From assembly GCA_050174015.1 (NCBI GenBank), contig JBFXKG010000004.1, positions 32,001-96,000 on the forward strand: a DNA stretch of 64,000 bases, written 5' to 3'. The DNA comes from Candidatus Krumholzibacteriia bacterium. GTDB taxonomy: Bacteria > Krumholzibacteriota > Krumholzibacteriia > LZORAL124-64-63. Numbering within the stretch: position 1 is the first letter of the stretch; each line of letters opens with the position of its first letter. Positions 58,959 through 64,000 of this stretch are shown here, piece by piece. A model generated the notes under the pieces. It was not told the origin of the DNA and did no database searches. It was given only the letters and a program-made list of their open reading frames with translations. A program made the position numbers and the translations under genes.

Positions 58959-61168
58959 CACGGCCCCCCCACGGCCGACCCCAGACCCAGCAGCACCCCT
59001 CCCTGGTAGACCGTGAAGGTCACGATCCAGGCCAGGAGGGTCAATCCCACCGACTGGGCCAGGGCCCATTTCACCGAGCCGGCCTCCTGCCGGGTGATGG
59101 CGAAGGTCGCCACGCAGGGAGTACTGATCAGGGCGAAGAGCATGATACAGAATCCCACAAGCTGCGAATAACGGTCACGCAGGCGGGTCCGCAGATCCTC
59201 GGACGTTTCATCGGCCTCCCCGACGGCGAACACGATCCCCATCTGGGCCACGAAGACCTCCTTGGCCGCCACCGCCCCGACCAGGGCCGTGCCGATCCGC
59301 CAGTCGAATCCGATGGGTTCGATCACCGCCTCGAGGAGGCGTCCCACGCGGCCGGCGATGCTGTAGCTCAGCTCGGCCGACTGGATGGCCGCGGGATCCG
59401 ACAGGTCCCCGAACCGGGTCTCCGATCCGATCGCTGCCCGGTCGAAGCCCTCGGGCACCTTGTAGTCGGCCGGCGGCTTGGGGTAGAAGGTCAGGAACCA
59501 CAGGATGATCGAGGCGCCCAGGATCACCGTGCCCGCCTTCTTGGCGTAGAGCCAGGCCCTGGTCCACATCTGCACCAGCAGGCTGCCCGCCGTGGGGATG
59601 CGGTAGGGGGGCAGCTCCATCAGGAACGGGGTGGTCTCGCCGCGGAACAGGGTGGCCCGCAGGAAGCGCGCCCCCGCAAGCGCCAGGACGATGCCGGTGA
59701 CGTAGATGATCCACAGGGTGGGGCCCTGCCAGCGGGGAGCGAAGAAGGCGGGGATCATCAGGGCGTAGATGGGCAGGCGCGCCCCGCAGCTCATCAGCGG
59801 CAGCACCATCATGGTGATCAGGCGGTCGCGCCGCGTCTCCAGGGTGCGGGTGGCCATGATGGCCGGCACGGTGCAGCCGAACCCGATGAGCAGGGGGATG
59901 AAGCTCTTGCCGTGCAGCCCCACCTTGCTCATGAACCGGTCCATGACGAAGGCGGCCCGGGCCATGTACCCGGTGCCCTCGAGCACCGCGATGGCCATGA
60001 ACAGCAGGACGATGTTGGGCAGGAAGACGATCACCCCGCCCACCCCGCCGATGATGCCCTCGACCAGCAGGGACCGCAGCGGGCTGGCCGTGCCCTCGGG
60101 CCAGAAGCCGCTGATCAGGGCGGCCAGCTTCACGAACCCGTGGTCGATGAGGTTCATGATCGGGTTGCCCAGACCGAAGGTCAGGGTGAAGACGCCGTAC
60201 ATCAGGGTCAGGAAGATGGGCACACCCCAGAGCGGATGCATGGCCCAGCGGTCGATGCGGTCGCTGAGAGTCCTCTCGGACCGGTCGGGGATGCGGAGCA
60301 CGCCGTGGCACAGGCGGCCGATGAAGTCGTAGCGCAGCCTGGCCAGGACCGTGTCGGAGTCCTCCGCGGCCTCCTTGGCGAAGGCCCCGGATTCGGCGGT
60401 GATGCGCGCGCGCACCCCGGGATCTGCGATGGATTCCAGCAGGGCCTCATCCCCCTCGAGCAGCTTGACGGACTGCCAGCGGCGGTGGCGAGCCTCGGGC
60501 AGAAGCTGGCTGACGGTTTCGAGGCGCGCCTCGACGGCGTCTCCGTAGTCCACCCGGTGGTAGCTTCCCCCGGTGGCGACCTGGGTCAGGGAGGCCAGCC
60601 CCGGGCCCGCGTCACGGCACTGGTCGGCCGGACCCGGCAAGGAGATCTGCCGGAAGGCGACCTCGGCCACCGCCGCGATGATGTCGTCCATGCCCTGGTT
60701 GCGGTTGCCCACCGCGGGCACCACCGGCACGCCCAGACGCCGGGCGAGCAGCCCCGCGTCGATGGTCAGGCCCCGGTCGCGGGCGACGTCGGTCATGTTC
60801 AGGACCAGGACCAGGGGCAGCCCGATCTCCATCAGTTCGGTGGTGAGGTAGAGGTTGCGTTCGAGACTGGCGGCATCGAGGACGTTGACCACCACGTCGG
60901 GTTGCTGCTCGATGAGGAAGTCCCGGGCGACCAGCTCCTCCTCCGAGTAGGCGGTCAGGCTGTAGGTGCCCGGAAGGTCGTAGAGCTTGAGGCTCAGATC
61001 ACCCCGCCTGACGGTCCCTTCCTTCCACTCCACCGTGACCCCGGGATAGTTGCCCACTCGCTGGCGGGATCCCGTGAGGTTGTTGAAAATGGTGGTTTTC
61101 CCGGAGTTGGGATTGCCGGCGACCGCCACGGTGATCGTCTTGTCGAGGGTTTTCGTCACGCCTTGCAA
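58958..61168 (-). CDS. feoB: Ferrous iron transporter FeoB
   Basis: [49 protein letters not shown]; start may be GTG 61159. Confidence 0.96.
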   Translation of the reverse strand: MQGVTKTLDKTITVAVAGNPNSGKTTIFNNLTGSRQRVGNYPGVTVEWKEGTVRRGDLSLKLYDLPGTYSLTAYSEEELVARDFLIEQQPDVVVNVLDAASLERNLYLTTELMEIGLPLVLVLNMTDVARDRGLTIDAGLLARRLGVPVVPAVGNRNQGMDDIIAAVAEVAFRQISLPGPADQCRDAGPGLASLTQVATGGSYHRVDYGDAVEARLETVSQLLPEARHRRWQSVKLLEGDEALLESIADPGVRARITAESGAFAKEAAEDSDTVLARLRYDFIGRLCHGVLRIPDRSERTLSDRIDRWAMHPLWGVPIFLTLMYGVFTLTFGLGNPIMNLIDHGFVKLAALISGFWPEGTASPLRSLLVEGIIGGVGGVIVFLPNIVLLFMAIAVLEGTGYMARAAFVMDRFMSKVGLHGKSFIPLLIGFGCTVPAIMATRTLETRRDRLITMMVLPLMSCGARLPIYALMIPAFFAPRWQGPTLWIIYVTGIVLALAGARFLRATLFRGETTPFLMELPPYRIPTAGSLLVQMWTRAWLYAKKAGTVILGASIILWFLTFYPKPPADYKVPEGFDRAAIGSETRFGDLSDPAAIQSAELSYSIAGRVGRLLEAVIEPIGFDWRIGTALVGAVAAKEVFVAQMGIVFAVGEADETSEDLRTRLRDRYSQLVGFCIMLFALISTPCVATFAITRQEAGSVKWALAQSVGLTLLAWIVTFTVYQGGVLLGLGSAVGGP

Positions 61169-61220
61169 TCCCCGGTATGTGAACCGGCCGGCTCGTCAGG
61201 GGAACCGGCCGGCGAGATGT

Positions 61221-61493
61221 TTATTCGACCTCGATCCGGGACGCCATGCCCCGGCCGATGACCACCCGGCTGCCCTTGACGCCGACCACGAAGGGGCCGT
61301 GCCCCGAGTTGCGGATGACTTCCAGCTCGATTCCGGGCAGCAGGCCCATGGCCGCAAGGCGTCCCCGCATCTCGTGCCCGCCGGTGATCGCCCGCAGCAC
61401 CGCCTTGTCGCCCTCGTGAACCATGCTCAAAGGCATCGTCATCCCTTCCGATTCCGGCCCTTCCCGGGCCGCGTCCGCCTTATAGGCTTTCAT
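61221..61493 (-). CDS. feoA: Ferrous iron transport protein FeoA
   Basis: MPLSM..G..A, RLAAMGLLPG, GPFVV.V.GSR..IGRGMA. Confidence 0.9.
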   Translation of the reverse strand: MKAYKADAAREGPESEGMTMPLSMVHEGDKAVLRAITGGHEMRGRLAAMGLLPGIELEVIRNSGHGPFVVGVKGSRVVIGRGMASRIEVE

Positions 61494-62007
61494 TCTCGTC
61501 CGCCCCGGGACCTTCGAGGGCGTGAGGCCCCCCGCAGGAATCGCGTCCGCAGGTCCCGTCCCCGAGCCCCTTGCCGCAGAAGAAGCCCGCGTCGTCGTCC
61601 CACATCACGTCGTTCAGGGGACACTGCTCGAAGTACTCCACAAACTTCACGAGGCGATCGAGAATCATGCCGTCGATGCTGTGCTCCATGCGGCAGGCGC
61701 CCTCGTCGGCCTCGTCCGCCGGCAGTCCGAGCACCTTGACCAGGAACTTGCTGAGAACCTGGTGCCGCTTGACGACGTCCAGGGCCACGCGGCGTCCCGG
61801 GGGGGTCAGCGTGATCACCTCGTAGGGCGCATAGTTGATCAAATCCTTCTCCGCCAGGGCCCGCAGAGCCTGGGTCACCGAGGAATTGTGGACCCCGAGG
61901 GCCAGGACGATGTCCTTGGCCCGGGCGGCGCCCTTGGCTTCCTCCGTGTGGTAGATGGCCTCGATATAGTCCTCGAGACTGGCGCTGATCTCGACCTTGC
62001 CCGTCAC
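61480..62007 (-). CDS. DtxR/MntR family metal-dependent regulator
   Basis: GAGGAGG RBS before GTG 62007; SLEDYIEAIY, SVTQAL, YAPY, H..L.KFL, ACRMEH; Cys-rich tail. Confidence 0.92.
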   Translation of the reverse strand: MTGKVEISASLEDYIEAIYHTEEAKGAARAKDIVLALGVHNSSVTQALRALAEKDLINYAPYEVITLTPPGRRVALDVVKRHQVLSKFLVKVLGLPADEADEGACRMEHSIDGMILDRLVKFVEYFEQCPLNDVMWDDDAGFFCGKGLGDGTCGRDSCGGPHALEGPGADENESL

Positions 62008-62042
62008 GTTGGCGACCTCCTCGGACCCAATGATAACATCGC

Positions 62043-62096
62043 TTTTGTTGTCGGCCAAAAAATTTTTGTTGAAACCAAAATTTCGGTTCCAAATTC
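62043..62096. promoter_or_regulatory. Candidate DtxR/MntR operators
   Basis: Tandem imperfect palindromes TTTTGTTGTCGGCCAAAA, TTTTGTTGAAACCAAAA, TTTCGGTTCCAAA upstream of the regulator-feo operon. Confidence 0.4.
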
Positions 62097-62135
62097 ATTT
62101 CCCGCAAATTTTCGGCAACCCTTCGGCCCCGAACC

Positions 62136-62759
62136 GTGTCAATGTCGGTTGGATGGACGAGGCTGACCCGACACCCCCTGCGGAGATCCGTCTTGCGACC
62201 CGACCAGGACGAAAACGAGCTGATCCGGAGCATCAGGCGCGGAGATCCCGCTGCCGAAAGGGCTCTTTACGAGGACCACGTGGACCGGGTGTACCGCCTC
62301 GCCTTCCGGATGACCGGTGATGCGGCCCTGGCCGAGGACCTGACCCAGGACACCTTCATCCGGGCTTTCGACCGTTTGGAGGATTTCCGGTCCGACGGCC
62401 CCTTCGGAGCCTGGCTGCACCGCATCGCGACCTCGGTGATCTGCTCCGCGCTGCGCAAGCGCAAGCGGATCCTGGACTTCGAGACCGCCCGGGACGATCT
62501 GGCGCATCTGTCGGGAACGGGACCGGACCTCGATCCGGACCTGGGTCGCCGGCTCGACCGGGCGGTCACCCAGCTGGACGACGACCAGCGCCTGGTGCTC
62601 GTCATGCACGACGTCGAGGGTTACACCCACCAGGAGATCGCCGCGGCCATGGGCACGCCCGTGGGCACCGCCAAGGCCCGCCTTTCCCGGGCTCGACAGA
62701 AGCTCCGCGATCTGCTGGCCGGGCCGCTGCGCCAACATGACCTGGAGGCCGAACGATGA
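62136..62759 (+). CDS. ECF RNA polymerase sigma factor
   Basis: VYRLAFRM, AEDLTQDTF, AWLHRIA, VEGYTHQEIA, GTAKARLSRAR; start uncertain. Confidence 0.92.
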   Translation: MSMSVGWTRLTRHPLRRSVLRPDQDENELIRSIRRGDPAAERALYEDHVDRVYRLAFRMTGDAALAEDLTQDTFIRAFDRLEDFRSDGPFGAWLHRIATSVICSALRKRKRILDFETARDDLAHLSGTGPDLDPDLGRRLDRAVTQLDDDQRLVLVMHDVEGYTHQEIAAAMGTPVGTAKARLSRARQKLRDLLAGPLRQHDLEAER

Positions 62760-63427
62760 AGAACGGGCCCATGGACCACCCCGATGATGAAGTCCTGGCG
62801 GACCGGTTGAAGCGGCTGAACGAGCCGCCGGCGACGCCGCGGGACCGGATGTGGGACCGGATCGACGCCGCCCGCAGGGACCGGCGCGGACGCACAGCCC
62901 CCCTGCTCTTCCGTCATCCACGCCGTCATTCCGCCCTCTGGCGAACCGCGGCGGCGGCGGCAGCCGTCCTCGTCCTCGGCTTCGGGATCGGCAGGCTGAC
63001 GGGGCCCGGGCCCGTTCCCTTCCCGGCGGCGGTCACCGATCCGACGGAGGCCGTCTCCGGCGCCCCCGTCAGGGTGAGGGACGACATCTACCGCCTGGCC
63101 GCCATCGACCTGTTCTCGCGGGCCGACGTCCTGCTCACCGACGTGAAAGCCCGCCCCTGTTCGACGTCGGACCTGGGCGAGGTGCCTGCCTGGGCGGGGG
63201 GAATGCTGTTGCAGACCCGGCTGCTGATGGACACGCCGGTGGCGGGCGACCCCGAGGTCCGCTCCCTGCTGGAGGACCTCGAACTGGTGCTGGCCCAGAT
63301 CGCCGGGCTGTCCCGCAACGACTGCAGCCGGGACATGGCTTGGATCAAGGATGGGCTGCAGGAACGATCCACCCTGAACCGTCTGCGCGTGCTGACCGAC
63401 AGCGGCGCGCCCGGGCGGGCACTCTGA
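62756..63427 (+). CDS. Putative membrane-anchored anti-sigma factor
   Basis: ATGA-coupled to the sigma; PRDRMWDRI; TM AAAAAAVLVLGFGIGR; LLEDLELVLAQIA. Confidence 0.7.
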   Translation: MKNGPMDHPDDEVLADRLKRLNEPPATPRDRMWDRIDAARRDRRGRTAPLLFRHPRRHSALWRTAAAAAAVLVLGFGIGRLTGPGPVPFPAAVTDPTEAVSGAPVRVRDDIYRLAAIDLFSRADVLLTDVKARPCSTSDLGEVPAWAGGMLLQTRLLMDTPVAGDPEVRSLLEDLELVLAQIAGLSRNDCSRDMAWIKDGLQERSTLNRLRVLTDSGAPGRAL

Positions 63428-63443
63428 CCGGAAGGATGCTGAC

Positions 63444-64000
63444 ATGAAATCGCTCACCCCTCGTATCACCGGCCCGCACACGCTGTCGGCTGCGGCGTTC
63501 CTGCCGGCACTGCTGGCTCTGATGATCCTTGCGGCCTGTCCGACCCTGGCGGGCGACGATCCCGCTGCGACGATGGAAGCCGGAAGGACGGCCCTGAACA
63601 AGGGCCGCTTCCGGGAAGCCGCCGAGTTCTACCGGCAAGTCCACGAATCGGCCCGCGAGGACGACCTGGCAGGCAACGCCCTGTACTGGGAAGCCTTCGC
63701 CCGCTACCGGCTGGACCGGGTCGAGGAACTCAAGGAGGCCGCCACGCTCCTCGCCCAGCAGGCGGAACTCTATCCTGACGTCGAGACGGCTACCGACGGG
63801 GAGGCTCTGCTGGCCCGCATCTACGGCGAACTGGCGCAGCGCGGCGAGGCGGACGCCGCCCGCAAGGTCCGCGAACTGAGCGAGGAGCAGGTGCGGGCCG
63901 AGACGCAGATGGCCGCATTGCACGCCCTCATGGAGATGGATCCGGACAAGGCCCTGCCGGTCCTGGAGAACATCGTCACGGGAAAGAAGAAGACCAGCGA
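63444..64000 (+). CDS. Secreted TPR/HEAT-repeat protein (partial)
   Basis: Not in ORF track; hand translation MKSLTPRITG...GRTALNKGRFREAA...NALYWEAFARY...AALHALMEMDPDKALPVLE. Confidence 0.7.
   Translation, partial: MKSLTPRITGPHTLSAAAFLPALLALMILAACPTLAGDDPAATMEAGRTALNKGRFREAAEFYRQVHESAREDDLAGNALYWEAFARYRLDRVEELKEAATLLAQQAELYPDVETATDGEALLARIYGELAQRGEADAARKVRELSEEQVRAETQMAALHALMEMDPDKALPVLENIVTGKKKTS

Noticed and set aside
1..64000. CRISPR array, cas genes, tRNA or rRNA
   Set aside because: No regularly spaced repeat-spacer units or RNA gene signatures seen; recurring DNA blocks are coding domain repeats

Overview
GC-rich bacterial chromosome segment. The many secreted proteins with FlgD-like Ig tails or short '(S/N)(W/F)(G/S)xxKxxFR' tails suggest an FCB-group candidate lineage such as Krumholzibacteriota/Latescibacterota (inference). 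The left half (1-32 kb) is rich in secreted proteins. It contains a dispersed beta-1,3-glucan utilisation regulon: a GH149-like phosphorylase, two GH16, a GH1, a clan GH-A domain fused to a probable outer-membrane beta-barrel, a surface lipoprotein and two paralogous beta-sandwich proteins. Three copies of a 25-bp palindrome overlapping promoters and a ROK repressor tie these together, and no SusC/SusD or sugar transporter is visible. Two independent paralogue pairs carry the same passenger domain with either an FlgD tail or the short C-terminal motif, suggesting two interchangeable sorting signals. Also present are two candidate structured RNAs, several truncation scars (an internally deleted gene, an IS remnant, and a truncated sixA beside an opposite-strand pfk) and an unannotated 58-aa Cys protein under a Fur-like box. 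The right half is mostly housekeeping and signalling: clpB, ppk1, pfk, CHAD, HD, a DUF3857 pair, amidase, two-component genes, the feo operon and an ECF sigma operon; glnA lies within the left half. No rRNA, tRNA, CRISPR array or intact mobile element was seen. All calls are by eye from motifs; no searches were run.
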